Source: Tubulanus polymorphus
Lineage: Eukaryota > Animalia > Nemertea
DNA length: 64,000 nt
Reading direction: 5' to 3'
Assembly: GCF_964204645.1 (NCBI RefSeq)
Contig: NC_134025.1
Coordinates: forward strand, 22,238,299 to 22,302,298
The notes under the pieces were generated by a model. It had not been told where the DNA came from. It saw only the letters and a list, made by a program, of their open reading frames with translations, and did no database searches. This document shows, one piece after another, positions 1 to 13,732 of the stretch. Made by a program: the position numbers and the translations under genes. Within the stretch, counting starts at the first letter, position 1. Each line of letters begins with the position of its first letter.

Positions 1-3000
1 CAATATATTTTGCTGAAGCTGCATCGAATTCACCGTAATGATCTCGATCTCGAACTGTTTTTCCTCCTGTCCTTCGACTGAATATAAATAAACGTGAAAA
101 AAAACGATACATAATTAGGGTTGAGTAACGCGTATGTAAATTTTGTGGACCTACAGAAGCTTGTGTTGTGATAGATTTCACTTTATTCTATCATTCAAGA
201 AATACGAACAAGAACAGTATTAAAGTTATACAATTGCCCGCACCGCTGGCTCATTTACTGAACAATGTTGGAGTAAGAGGTGTTCATATATTTTCAGTGC
301 CACTGGAATCTATCTATACATATATATCTAATTAATATAATGGTCGACGCATAAGCCCATTGAGGGCTGGGAAGTGTTTGAGTATAAAATGATTGTTTGT
401 AAAGAAGATATTTTTAACTACATGTCACAATAATAAAATACAATCAGCAATCAGCTTGTATATATTAAGAACTGCAGGTAGCATCTATTATGGATGATAA
501 ATACCTTCAAACTTTGCTGATTCTTCAGACAGTTTAGCCATTTCGTCGATTGTCTCATCAGCGATTTTCGAACCAGGTATCGGCGGTTTTACCTCCTTAA
601 CCAGCCCCGCAACGTTTATGCTGATTTCGCGGTGCGTCCCTTCAGGCGTGACGACTACGAATGTAGTTTGTCCAGGTTCCGTCGGTGTTAGTGTTGGAAG
701 TACGGTAGTTTTGAGACCCTAGAATTAACACGAAAACCATTATAATCAGTAGATAGCAATTAAGGATTAACTAATCTATGATGACTCCTCTTTTTTCAAA
801 GGTTCCCACATTTGAAACAAATCATAAATATCTGTTTGAAAGCATTTCATTAGAGCACCGATAACCTACTCTATGTATTGTGACAATTTCTATGTACAAA
901 CTAGGGGGTCCAGCAACACCAAGCCCAATTAATGAAATGATGACAATCTGACAATTTCCATATTCAACGCCCCTGCTGGATAAATACAGCAATTAAACAC
1001 CTTGAAATTCAACACAATCATAGACTAGGGGTCCAGGGAACCATGCCCACTTGGAAAGTGGTATCAAATGCTCAACAATCTAACGATTTCAATATTCAAT
1101 GCCCCCTGGTGGCCATATACAAAAAGCAATGACCTTGAAACTCACCAAAATCATAGAAAACGTTATGAGCTACAACTTTCCAATACATTGTGGTAACACA
1201 ATATGCTTAGGTATCAATATAATGTGGAAAAACTTTTTCCCACCTACAAATGAGCATTGATGACGCCAAGATGGCTGCCAATTGCGCCATAATTGGCTGA
1301 TCAAAAATACATGTCTCAGGTATAAAACATCCCTTTTCAAAGAATACCCATCACAAATTGCAATGAGAAATGGCAAACCTGTAGGAAGCTACAGGACTCA
1401 GAACTTGGGCCAAAATTTACATTTTTGGCCACTAAAATGGTCATAGGACGGCCATCAATAGCCCGCTGGGACTAAAGTCCCAAGTGGGCTAAAAATGTCA
1501 TGAGCTACAATTTTGCAATTCATTATGGTTACAAAATATGCAAAGGTACCAATATAAAGGAAATACCATGCTATTCTGCAATTCAACACCCCCTCATGAA
1601 CATACACAGATACTGCAATTGACTGGTAAGTGAAGAATGTATCATATTTATGCTATATACTAATCGACATATACTAAAATTATTGTTCAATGATGAAATA
1701 CCTGAGGAGCGAGAATAACAGTTTTTCCACCTCCAGTAGACGGAATGACGTATGCCGGCATTGGATTGCACAATTCTTCATCTGCAGGTGTCTGTCTGGG
1801 ACGACCGCGCCCACGCTTCACTAAAACCATACAAAACATCACAAGTTTACTGTCAACCCCATATAATCTACATGGTAGATCCGAGTTTACTGGCCCAGAT
1901 GAATCCTGGATCCAGGCGAGGATTCCAGAGGATCTGCCAGGTTCACTAGTGGTTACTCAGTTACAGCGCTTCAATTTCGTCAACGTTTCAATCAAACTTT
2001 TCACATTTTCACATTCATTGCGAAGTACTGGTATAAATTGGTACCGTACACTGTGTGGCAAAAGTCAATCCTATATCTATTGGATGACATCTTTGATAGA
2101 ATTTGGATTTGGGAGCCTAAAATCTCGCTTCCTATTTCAACTACTTATAACTGAGTGTTTTGCACCATCAGAGGTCAGTTACTCAAAAGTAGGTCTGACC
2201 CCTGATGCGTGCCGGTACCTCATTGAAAGCTGAAACTCGTTGCTCACCTGCGGGAAGTGGCGGCCGAACGGGGTGAATGCGAGGACGCCCTGGACCACGT
2301 TTTACAGCCGCTACATCCACGTATTCCCCCGTTTCGAGCATTCTGTCCTCTCTATCGTCGAGAGCTTGTTCGTGATTCGGGTCGAGATCTTCTACTTCAG
2401 CGCTCCACTCACGGTCGTTGTGTTCGAGTGCATCTTCGGCAACATTATCATCACCACCAATTTCTCCATTGTCGGATTCGTCGCTGGCAACTTTCCCTAA
2501 TTCATATTCTGTAAAAAAGAAAAACCACCACAACTACAGTCTTTTGATGACACCATATCGGTGGTCAAATACATGATGACAGACGACGGAGTTTACAAAA
2601 TGATCGCCATATTATCTTTTGCTGTTATGTTTGTGGCAAGTCCCCGACAGCAACATTCAAACAAATTATGCTATTAAGTCCATGATGTTTACAGCCGATC
2701 TTCAAAGGAAATGAGAAAGTGTCAAGAAACAATAGGCCACTTGAGGAAAGAAGAAAATCTATTGGAATTTTGAGTTGTCAAGCATGATGAAAGTGCGGTG
2801 AATTTGTATGTACCGGTGATTGTAAAACCCTGAGCCTGTACAACTGGGAGAATCTAAGGTGGAGTCGCATAAAAAATTTCAGATTTATCTTGAAGATTAG
2901 TTCTTCTCCATCATTTGAAAAAGAATTTGCTTTGAATTTCAAGTTCGTGCATGGTATGTCATTCGGCTTACCATCAAATATCTTCGCCTTTTTCCTTGGT

Positions 3001-5125
3001 CTACCGCTTCTTCTTAACCCGTCTGGACCTACAAATATTTGGAGAATACAAAGCAGTAAGTTTTAGAGAATCGTTTAGGAACTGAAGGAGTGTTCAATAT
3101 ACACACTCATCGAATACAATTAGCGCAAATAGTAGGAGATCAATTCATTAGTTCACTATGCAGGATGTCTAATGCAGGTGTTGGAGTTTGAAAACTGCAG
3201 TTAGTCGGGAGATATAACGTCAGCATTCACTCCAAAAGTGCTGTGACGATTAAACAGTACACCTTGAGAGTCCCTTAATTTCTATTTAGTAAACTAAAAA
3301 CAATTCCGGTGATTTCATCGTGATAAACATTGTACTGATTGAGTAACATTGGCCTACCTATATTTGATAATTCGAGTAAGCCTTCAGCGGCGCTATTTTC
3401 ATCTTTCACTGGCTCTGCTTGTTTCATCGCTAGCGTAGAGTAAACATTCGGTGGGCGATACGATTTTCGAGGCCGTCCGCGTTTCTTCTGACCTTGAAAA
3501 AAGTATAAAACACTACATTTCCAACGATACCAAGCAATAAACAAAACCCACAGTTTGAACATTTAACAAAACGATCTGACTGTCCTAACGACAGTCCTTC
3601 TCGTCCCTAACCTTCTTTAGTAACAACTACATTTCTAAACCGTATATCTTAATTATGTTATATTCATTTCTCTGATGATGGAGTTTAGTCGAAACTTCGA
3701 CACTGTAGGAATAAATAGTTAAATCATCAACTGTTGGTTTTGCTCATTAACTCTGAATACTGAGATAAATATCAGTCCACCAGTCAATATCAAGCGAGCC
3801 GTCGAAAAATCTAACGTTTGCAACGTACCTGGTAGTACCTCTTGCTTCGCCGGATATGCGACCATATCGCCGGACACCGGGTCGCGGCGTAAGAAACACT
3901 TCTTCCCCTTGACGATGACGAGTGTATCGTCCGACAACGAGATCGGGTTCGTGAGATCCGGCTTAACGATCGGTTTCCGTTTCGCGCGCTTCGACGCGAT
4001 CGCCTCGGCGCCGTCGCGGAACGGATTCGTGACGATCTTCGGCTGCGGTATGTCCCCGGCGTCGGTCGTCGTATCGAAACATTCGTCCATCACTTGTTGC
4101 AGATCGCCGAATACGCCCGGCGGATTACGCTCGCTGTAACAATCGACGTGGATGACCTTCTCGTCCGCTGATTCGTGCGACGACGTCGTCGGTGTCGGCA
4201 ACTCTTGATCGTCGACGATCATCGGCGCAAAGTTTTCGCAGTTCGATTCTTCGCTATGACCGGTCGGCAAGTGTTGGTCGCGCGACAGCTGTATCGTGAT
4301 CGTTTCGCCGCTTTCCGTGCGTAGATTTATAATTCCGGCCGCCGTGTCCGATGCCGTCTGTAATAACTGCGATACGGATATCAACTGATTCACATCGATA
4401 CTGGCATCGTTCGCCTCCCGACCGGCTTCCCTGCTATTCACAGCATCGCCACTTGGTACTACATAATCATCATCATTAACATTAGTATCATCATTATCAT
4501 TCCGGCCCGGATCGACCTTCACCACTATCGCATGCACTTGTTGCAAGACATCTGTACTAACTATAGTCGGACCGCTATCACTGCTATTCGCAGTATCGCC
4601 ACTGGGTATTACCGGTACATTATCATCATCATTAACATAAGTATCGACATTGTCATTATTATCATTGTCATCCCAGCCCGGTTCGACCTTGGCTACTATC
4701 GCATGCACTTGTTGCAAGTCATCTGCAATAACTATAGTCTCACCGCTATGGTTTTCGTTGGATATTTCCCTAATTTCGGTTCGATCATTATTCGACTGCC
4801 TATCATCAACGACGCCAGTCATATCTTCAATACGTTCAGGTTTTTCAGTGTTCGTCTGGTTCTTGACGATAACATTGTCCAAATCCGCTTTTTCAGTTCG
4901 GTGATTGTTACAGTCTTTATCTGCTGAAGTGGAAGCCATTTCGCATTTGGCAACGACCATATTCGACTGGTTCTCGAGCCCATCAGCTGAAGTGTCCTCG
5001 TTTTCAGCTTGTTCATTTGTCGGGAAATCCGTCGCATCATCCAATGTTGATATTTCACTATTAGCGCTTTCCTCCGCCACTTGCATCGGCTCAACTTTGG
5101 TTGATATTTCGACCTCCCCTTCCAT
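1..5125 (-). CDS. Multi-exon acidic nuclear protein with four AT-hook motifs (3' end beyond window start)
   Basis: ATG at 5125 just inside an acceptor (exon starts 5134). Phase-consistent GT-AG exons: 5134-3829, 3492-3358 (KKRGRPRK), 3028-2972 (RSGRPRKK), 2508-2248 (KRGPGRPR), 1820-1702 (KRGRGRPR), 718-505 and probably 77-<1. GRP core flanked by K/R is the AT-hook consensus. Confidence 0.75.
895..1580. repeat. Degenerate intronic repeat with internal subrepeats
   Basis: ctagggggtccagcaacacc (901) vs ctaggggtccagggaacc (1025); atgagctacaactttccaat...aggtatcaatataa (1165) vs atgagctacaattttgcaat...aggtaccaatataa (1500). Confidence 0.55.
4430..4745 (-). repeat. Intra-exonic tandem duplication (~45-50 codons)
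   Basis: TIVIADDLQQVHAIVAKVEPGWDDND...PSGDTANS vs TIVSTDVLQQVHAIVVKVDPGRNDND...PSGDAVNS in ORF 3719-5125. Confidence 0.85.
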
Positions 5126-6679
5126 GTCTTAAGTCTAGAATTGAAATAATATATCAACGTGATGCCTATGTCTTTAGCGTGGAAAAATGTGGACCATCCA
5201 ACAAATAGTTCTGGGTGCAACAGTTTTTATAGGTGTCCATAAAAAGTGGCGTCCTTCAAACCTAAGAACAACTCCAGGGTACTACCCCATGATTTTCGAA
5301 GCTTTTGAGAAGTAATGAGTTAATGTGAAAGATAGGCCTAACCGTTTATTGCACTAAAATCAAGCTATGACATGTTTTTTTGGGGTCAGTGGAAAGACTA
5401 ATGCTACATTGTGAATAATTACCTAATGCTACATTAGTAAAATATCACATCCCAATGGCAATGTGTTGTTATCAGAGCTACCTAGGCTAGAAAACTAATA
5501 AGGAACCAAAGATATGACCGTAGTCTGAATACCAGTCGTTGTTACGGTTCCGTACAACTTCGTTCTTTCAGGAACAACGGCTAGGTACTAGAGATTAAAT
5601 TAATATGACCGATGATATCCAGTTCACAGGCAACCCCGGAAGTAAAGTTTTCCAGGGAGTTTTTACATCCAAAACCTAGCAAAATAAATACGAAACACTA
5701 CGTAGGCCAATGTACATTTTGATCCCAAAAAAAAAAATGACAACTACAATGAATTACCTTTATGTGAGGCGTAGAGTCGAAAAGTAGCAAAATAAAAATA
5801 CGCCAAAATGGACAAAAAATCACACTAAATAGAGGTGAAGGCTTGCTGCAATGGGGCTTACTCTTGTTATAGCTATGCCAGTTAGGTTCGAATCCCAATA
5901 AAGTCTTAGGTATTTATTAAAGGTTTCGAGACCAATTTTGTTGTTTTACCAGTGCGTTATTCAATCTTTTCTTGCCACTGTATCCTCCAATCCTCACTTA
6001 CCAATGTATTCCTTCAATTCTTACTTGCAGCCTATTTCACATTGCTAGTGATATTGTCATATTGCTTTCTAGGCCGAATCAATGGTAATGACCAGAGTGA
6101 CTCGGTAGTTCAAGTCCTCTGCAATAAACGAGTGGGAAAAAATCGCCGCCGAACGAAAAAAAGATAGTTTTATCTTTTTTTCATTTCATTTTAATGAAAT
6201 GAAAAATGATTGATTCCGTGAAAAAAGTCGCCACCGGTCGAAAAAAAGCTGAAAGATGAAATAAGAAATAATTACGTCCCCAGAACCCTTTCGTAATATC
6301 TTGCTATATTGGTATAAATCGAATGAAAATCAACGACGACGCTCTAGAACTGAGTCACTTTTTTGAGTTGTATAATTAAAGTAAAGTAAATAAATAAAGT
6401 TATTACATGTTATGTTAGGTTATATGAATAGAAATTCCAACATTTCGGCAAACGTATTTTTGTTGACAGTATCCGAAAAAGTATTTCAAAAATGTATTGT
6501 CTGAAACACGAGACCGACGTGCGAGCACATTTAAGACCTACATATATATTCAAGTGAAAATATGTTTTGAATCGAACACCTCATATTAACACAATGCAAT
6601 CTGTGATTTACGGCGGGCTCAGTTGAAATCTTAGATCGGGTTTGTCACCCTATGCCAATATATACTGTATAAAAAAAAC

Positions 6680-9600
6680 ATGAAGTTGGTAAGTTAGCGG
6701 TGCCAGTTTCACAAGTTCTCTTCGTATAGGCCTAGCTTACTCGAGATATCGATTTTCAATGCTGCCAAGTATGGTCTATTATTTGCTAGAATCAAATGTA
6801 AATAGCTTACATCAAAGTTAATTTTCGCCAGAAATCTATTGTAGGCGCTGTTTTTGGTTGGCATGTGTGGCTTTTCTAGCCGAATCAAAGGTAAGTAACC
6901 AGATGAGTATCGGTAGAAGTCCGATGTTATAGAAAAATGGTGACGCTGAAAATGTGTTGAATAGATATTTCAGGTCATGGGTATCCGCCATTATTCACGC
7001 AACTTCCGAATTTTGAAAAATTAGACGTCGCGTTGAACTCGCGATTGGTGTTGCCTTGCGTTGCGGACGGTGATCCGATTCCTACGTAAGTTTGGGGGAT
7101 TCACTGGCGCCTAGGCGTTGAAAATAAGATCATCCCACACCCTACCACCTTCCCCAATATAGAATGTAAAAATAAGACTCAGAAATGTGAAACTCGAATT
7201 TGACTGTATCCGCAACTGAAAGGAGGAGGGTAGAGAAGTTGTTCCCTTGGCCCTTTATTTTAATTACTTGGGTACGGATTTTTTCAAGAAAAAAGTCGGA
7301 GGGTGAAAGGAAAATATAAAGATAAAAACAATCTTTTATATAATAGGTGTTTTGAAATGGAAGGGAACAGGAAAAAAATAAAAATAAATACGTTTTTATC
7401 ATTGAGTATTTTCCACATAAAAAAACCTCGGAAGGACTGCAGAAAAAAATAAAAAATGAGTGAAGATTTTGATGAATATGATTCAAATGATTAAAAAAAC
7501 CTCGGAAGGACTGCAGAAACAAAATGAGTGAAGATTTTGATGAATATGATTCAAATGATGGGATAAATGAAAAAGAAAACTAACTTTTTTGCAAATCATT
7601 AGATTGAAATTAAGATGAATATAACTTTTACAAGACGCTAGATTGAAAATCAAGTCGGACAACAACAACTTTCTTTTATTGAACATTTGTTATGAAAATA
7701 CGAAGGAAAATTTGAAATTTGTTTGAGTTGATGATTTTTGCAGAATTCGTGGAGGCGGATCCGTACTCCAAGTTATTAGAAAAGTCTTCGTGAAATCGTT
7801 TTTTAAATCTATTTTCTGGGAATGATATTTCTTTGTGGAGGAGGAAGGAGTCTATAAATCAATTTGCACCCGAATTATTGTCCCCCAATTTTCCTATAGG
7901 TATCGTTGGGATATCAAGTACATTATCAACGAAATCTCGAACATTCCCGCAGATGATGTCACAAAATATATTTCGCCTGGTACTGGTTCTTTGAATATAA
8001 CATCATTCAACGGCCGGGCTTCCGGACGCTATAAATGCATAGCGAATAACGAATACGGCACGGCCGTTTCGCCCGAGTATTACGTACGTGCACCACGTGA
8101 GTACATTTCAGATTCTTTAGATAAGTTGCTAAATTTCGACACACATACGCAATAATCATATCAAACGATGAAACGCTAATGATTTATAATCAAATATCGC
8201 AGTTTGAAAAGAACATCGTTTACAGTGCGGTATCACCTGCTTCCTGGCCGCCATCACCAGGACGAATGACAAAATGAGGGAAGAAAATGAATCCAAGGAA
8301 AAATTGAAAGCTTTATAAACATTCCATACAATTAACAGTTTCTATCGATTTGTTATTCCGTCCAAAAAATGAAGTTGCACTAGGAATCTTGTGGAAAAAG
8401 ATAGAGAAAAATCTACGCAATAGCGGAAGTAAACACTTTGCCGTATCACTTCGAAAAATCTATCATATACAACTTGTTCGAGCGTAATTAATTTGTTTCA
8501 GACCCCGCTGTTGAGAGGCTCAAAAAGATAACGATAAACGCACACGAAGATCTGCCTATGCAGGTACCGTGCCGAGGCGTTTTCATCGGGAAAGATTTGA
8601 TGGAGTTCGCCTGGAAACGTGATCCATCATCGGCTCTAGACGACAAGGTTGAAGAACGTGTTTTGAACGATACCCTCAACAACACAGTGGATGTTAACCC
8701 GCCTAGAACCTATATAGACCAGGCGACAGGTCATTACCGACTATGAACTATTTTCATATCAAAATAGGGATTGGTCCCGTTATTTGTTTCAATTGGTAGA
8801 TTTTGTTTGATACGTTATGATTTGATTGGTGTCCCTTGCAGACCAACCACACCTATACTGGGAGTGAAAAGAGGTTTTGAATTTGAAATTGGAAATCGAA
8901 GTACATAATTGGAAAGTTAGGTTCCAATCTTCCATCCAGCCTGAACCGACAAGCGACTGATTGGAGTTCTTATCACGAGGAATAAAAATGAATCACAATT
9001 AAAGTGGAACTTTTCAAGAAAGCCATGCCCCATTACGCTTTGATGCCCGTGCCTAATACCTGAGAACACTGAGGCGATGAAGTAGAACATATCATATTTT
9101 TCAAAAAGAAATACCTTGGATGCTGCAATCGATTATCACACTATAGAAAAATTTTCAAAACACAATTTTTCGTTCGGATTTTTCAGGGACACTCTATTTT
9201 GCCAATGTCAAGCAGTCGGATATGGAAACTTCACCCAATCTATACTGCATAGCCACTTTGAGAACAGAAGTCGTAGGGAAAAATAAGTATGTCGGTTCGA
9301 CGTCTGTAGTCACTGTCAATTCGAATGGTTAGTGAAGCCGCTTATAGTTCAAAACACAGTTACAACACTCGAATGTCAAAATCGATATTTATTTTATCAT
9401 AAATTGACACAATGATATATTATCTCTTTTCAACAGGAACTCAAGACGTGCCACCAACGTTGATGACCAGAGAAAATGTAACGGTCAACTCGAAACTTTA
9501 CCAGCGTTCACACGAGGATTTCAGCACAGTTCTATAAGCGCCAACGCGGTTGAATTATTCGTGGCTTATTCAGTACCGTACCGAAATATGCATACAATCA

Positions 9601-12219
9601 AATGTATTTTTCAATATAATTCATTACGACAAATTTCCAAATTGGTTTTCAGGCCATCTCCAGCGGTGAAGTGGTATTTCGAAAATCGGACGGTTGGAGT
9701 AGGTGTCGAATTGCTTATTCGCAATGTAACCAAAAACGACGCCGGGACTTATGCGTGTCAAGGAACGAGCACATTCGGGTCTTCGAGATCGTCTGTGCAC
9801 GTGAACATTTTCGGTAATCGATTGTCTCTCGGATGCATTAAACTCGTCAAAAAGGAATCTTTTCGATTCTGCCACCCGACTAAAATAATTCTTGTATCAT
9901 CGCCAAATATATGCATTTCGTATCGGTGATCACAGAGCAAAAATGTGCTCCTTGATTTCCTATTCGAAATATTCTTCGCCAACGACACGCAGAGCAACCG
10001 TATTAGAAACCGTATGAAAACTCGCGACCCATCATCCCTTTGATTTCTGTGACCAAAATACTCAGTTAACAAACTTTCCACATATTTACAATGTAAATAA
10101 TTCAATTGCGATTGGATCTTGATAAATGAATTTCAGATGATCTACGATGGAAGATAAGACCGAATGAAACGATATTCGTACCGGAACTGACCGCGATGAC
10201 GCTCCAAAGCGAAGCCACTTCGGCCTCGAATTTACCAACGTCTTGGTATGTGAATGGTATTAGGCTGAATAATACCTCAGGTAAGGATACCGTAAGAATA
10301 CGTTACCCTTCATTTGTAAGTGCCCGATAATTCCAAGAATTACCCGAATTAGTCACTTAAATACCATATGGCTGCCGTAATAAATAACGCATAAAAAAGC
10401 ATAAAGGCTTCATAACAAGCCATCTTCATAAAACCACTTTTGTTCTCCTTTTAAATGACTGGTTATAGTGGATCAAACCACTACTTAAAGTATCATTAAG
10501 GAAATAATGGAGTGATCATTCCTTTCCTAAAGGGTCTATTTTCAGTTCAGAAGCCTCCATTACTCGATCACAGATGAAGTTAAGATACTTGTTGTTTTTT
10601 CAATATACGTAATCACCTTACGGTTTAAGAAACAGTCCATTGATTATTAAACCAGACTGCCCTTACCCATTAGTGATAACCGTGTAAAGCGTCAGATTTG
10701 ATATGATCGAGATCATGCTCCTATTATCAAGTGTCTGGAGAGTGTTCCGCGTGCTTCTATGGACTGATGTTGCAGAATTTATACGTATGCATGTGCATTC
10801 CAGAAACGGGTTAAATGTATTTAGGAAGAACAGAAAGTTGCAGATAAATCTGCGAATGAAATAAAGTCACAGCAAAAATCGTTTTCAAAAACAAAATTGC
10901 CAAAAATATCGATTCTTCGATTTTCGATTTTTTTCCATGATGTCCACAAGATGCTTCCGCACATTTTCATGTTCGACAGCAAACAATATTTGAACTGTTT
11001 CTACTCGAAGACATTTTCTTCTGTAGACGCGCCGGACGGAACTTCATTCACAGAAAACACTTTTACCATACTTAATGCGCGGCTGGCCACAAATACGTCA
11101 GTAGGGGACAATATGGTCGTGCAAGCCGAGATAACCGATGGCATCTCTTACCTTTGGTCGAACGCGCGTATAATAGGTAGGCCTACAAAAAAGCCCATGA
11201 TCTCGAATATATTTTTCCTGTCGAATCAACCAGCATTTGAACTCGACGAAAAAATTTCGCTTTTTGCCTTTTCATTTTTTCTATAGAGATAATAACGAAT
11301 GCAGTGGAGAAGAAGTGAAAAGAGATTAAAAGAATTAGAATATTAGAAGATTGTTTTTACTTTCAGTGCAACCGACTGCCGGTAGTTGTCCGAGTTGTGG
11401 TGGAAATGAGGTCTGTACGAGGACCATGACAGGATTCGAGTGCAAATGCATTCGTGGTGATTATCAATTCGTTAGATTTATCAAAGCGCAACGCAACTAA
11501 TGAATAGATCTAATGTATGGTGGCTGATTCGGGCCATACTAAAAAATTTTTCTGTACGGCTAAAGCAACGATAAAAAAATTTCTCGCGCGAGAATTCAAA
11601 AAGTTTTGAATTATCACGCGGGAAAACAAAAGTTTTGAATTCTCGCGCGAGAAAACCAAAAAATGGGCCAATGTGAAAATTTTTTTATCATTGCTTTAGC
11701 CGTACAGAAATTCTTTTTAGTATGGCCCGAATGAGCCACCATAGAACCGAGCAACGAACGAACACGAGCTATTCAATCGTTACAGTAGCTACCTAATGGT
11801 GGCTGATTCGAAAAAAGTTTTGAATTTTCTCGCACAAAAAATCCCTATCGTGCCTCTAGCCGTGCAAAAACATTTTTTCTGTATGGCTCGAGTCAGCCAC
11901 CATAGAGGTCAATCTTGTATCTCTTTGTGGCTTAAAAATAGTAATGAATTCAGAAAATTCAGTCAAAAAGTTGATTGTTACGACCACCTAAAAGTAATAG
12001 TGATTCGCGGTGTTATTCTGGTGACTTTAAGCTCATAGTTTTTCAATGTCCTTTTTTTCTAACATTACAGGTTACGCCGGTCAAAATTGTGAAGACGAGT
12101 CAATTCCTATGATGAGTCCGCTGGTTATTACAGTAGCCTGTTTAGCAGTACCGTTATCGGTCCTGATCATCGTTGGAGTTATCGCGTTGCTAATCAAGGC
12201 TTATAAACATTCTACGTAG
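6680..12219 (+). CDS. Copy A: divergent 4xIg (L1/neuroglian-like)-EGF-TM gene with a lesion in the Ig3a exon (possible pseudogene or exon-skipped isoform)
   Basis: Exons 6680-6688 (MKL), 6845-6890, 6974-7085 (YPPLFTQ..LPCVADGDPIPT), 7900-8096 (YRW..GRYKCIANNEYGTAVS), 8502-8729, 9187-9327 (GTLYFANV), 9437-(TAA 9537), 9653-9813 (DAGTYAC), 10137-10280, 11027-11176, 11367-11456 (EGF), 12071-12219 (EGF end, TM, KAYKHST*). Intron phases match copies B-D. Confidence 0.75.
7261..7778. mobile_element. MITE with ~20-bp TIRs (family 1), intron of copy A
   Basis: Left taattacttgggtacggat, right atccgtactccaagttatta; internal ~75-bp direct duplication near 7420-7560; homologous copy at 47645-48040. Confidence 0.75.
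11518..11741. mobile_element. MITE with ~65-bp TIRs flanked by TA (family 2)
   Basis: TA|tggtggctgattcgggccatactaaaaaatttttctgtacggctaaagcaa ... ttgctttagccgtacagaaattctttttagtatggcccgaatgagccacca|TA; internal ttctcgcgcgagaa subrepeats. Confidence 0.85.
11796..11904. mobile_element. Internally deleted second copy of family-2 MITE
   Basis: atggtggctgattcg...cgagtcagccaccata, the same termini as 11518-11741. Confidence 0.75.
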
Positions 12220-12910
12220 TTTTCAAAGGTGCATGAAAAGAAAGCTTTCATTCATGAGAATTTGATTTCGTTTTTTACCACGGCCTGTAACGACTAATTA
12301 CGTATTTGAAATTTAAGGCACTGTTCGTCTTTTATTTGCATTATCTCATTAAATACATAAGATCGTGTATATGTTCACTTTTCATTATATCAAATACATA
12401 TTAAGTCCATTATATATTTGGCACGCTAGATGAATATATTTTGTACCGATAATCACTAGTAAACAGGACTATACAGTAAACCTCGCGTATTACGCCCTCT
12501 GGTAAATCGGAATCTTGCTTTTAGATCGTCAAAATCCAATATCTCATTGACGCGTCAAAATCGCTATCGTTCTGTCAGCTTAGTGTTGTCAGTATATTTT
12601 GTATAAATTCATATACATGTACATTAAAGTTATTTTTTCTTTTCCGCGATTTACGTTGTTGCCACTAGTTTTCCATTCGGTAATTAGCTTTTCATGTTCA
12701 TTTCTACAATATTCACGCACGTGACCCAATTCAAGTTTAAATGAAAAGAAACATGATCATGCATTTAACGGGTTGATAATATTTTTGCTGAAATGACCAA
12801 AGTGTCGGCACTTACTGAGGTTCTTATGTATATTATCAAAAATACATAAAGAGGATGTATTTTTGATATTATGGGTAGTCGTTGTTGATTTTCTTAAATT
12901 CAAACCCTTA

Positions 12911-13106
12911 GGCTAAACAAAAACGATACCCTGTTTCTCCTTATCGGCCGGGTCATTTTGCAAAAATTTAATCAGTTCATTTCTATAGCTGCTGGTATCG
13001 TTATGGTAAAATTGCTCACGTTTCAAAAAATAAAGTAACGTAGGTAGCCGGCCGGGTCAACTTTTAAGTTAAGCAAAAATGAGAAACAAGGCATCTTTTT
13101 TCAGCC
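12911..13106. mobile_element. PIF/Harbinger (Tourist-like) MITE
   Basis: TTA|ggctaaacaaaaacgataccctgtttctc ... gagaaacaaggcatcttttttcagcc|TTA: imperfect TIRs plus a 3-bp TTA target-site duplication. Confidence 0.7.
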
Positions 13107-13627
13107 TTATCATAAGAAATGAATTTGCCCTGAACGTGTTTTTATGTTGAATGTTGTATAATTTTTCCCGTGGACTACCAAAAAAATGAAATCGAGTGGT
13201 AAGTTGAGAAATTAAACAAGTCCTTTCTACCTTCATACTCAAGACTTTGTTTTACAGAACCCCGGTATTATAATAGTCTGGCCTCTGAAACGGGCGACTT
13301 AATCACCGAACCCAAAAATGAAAGTGCGTATATAATAAAGAAAAAAAATGATTTATGGGAAAAGAAACTTGCGCCAGTCATTCATATCGCGCACGCGTGA
13401 CTTGTGTAGCTATGACGAAAGCTTTGAAGGGTATAGATTTTATTTCTCAATAGGTTTTATGGATCCAAACATGTATAACACGACTTGACGGCTGAAAATT
13501 GTAACTTGAAAAATTTATAGGTAAGTTAACCTAATCATGTAACAACAATTATGTATCATTGTATATATTATATTACATATTTTTAAAAGAAAAGTAAGTA
13601 AGATGGGTCTGCGGAAGAATGCTAGAT

Positions 13628-13635
13628 GAATGATA

Positions 13636-13666
<31 letters not shown>

Positions 13667-13732
13667 TAATAATGATAATAAAGATAATGATAAGAATAAT
13701 AATAATAATAATACTAATAATGATAATAATAA
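13628..13732. repeat. (ATA/ATG)n imperfect trinucleotide microsatellite
   Basis: tgataataatgataatgataataataataataat... run. Confidence 0.9.

Noticed and set aside
1745-2233. 162-aa plus-strand ORF
   Set aside because: Antisense to an AT-hook exon and intron, with no recognisable motif
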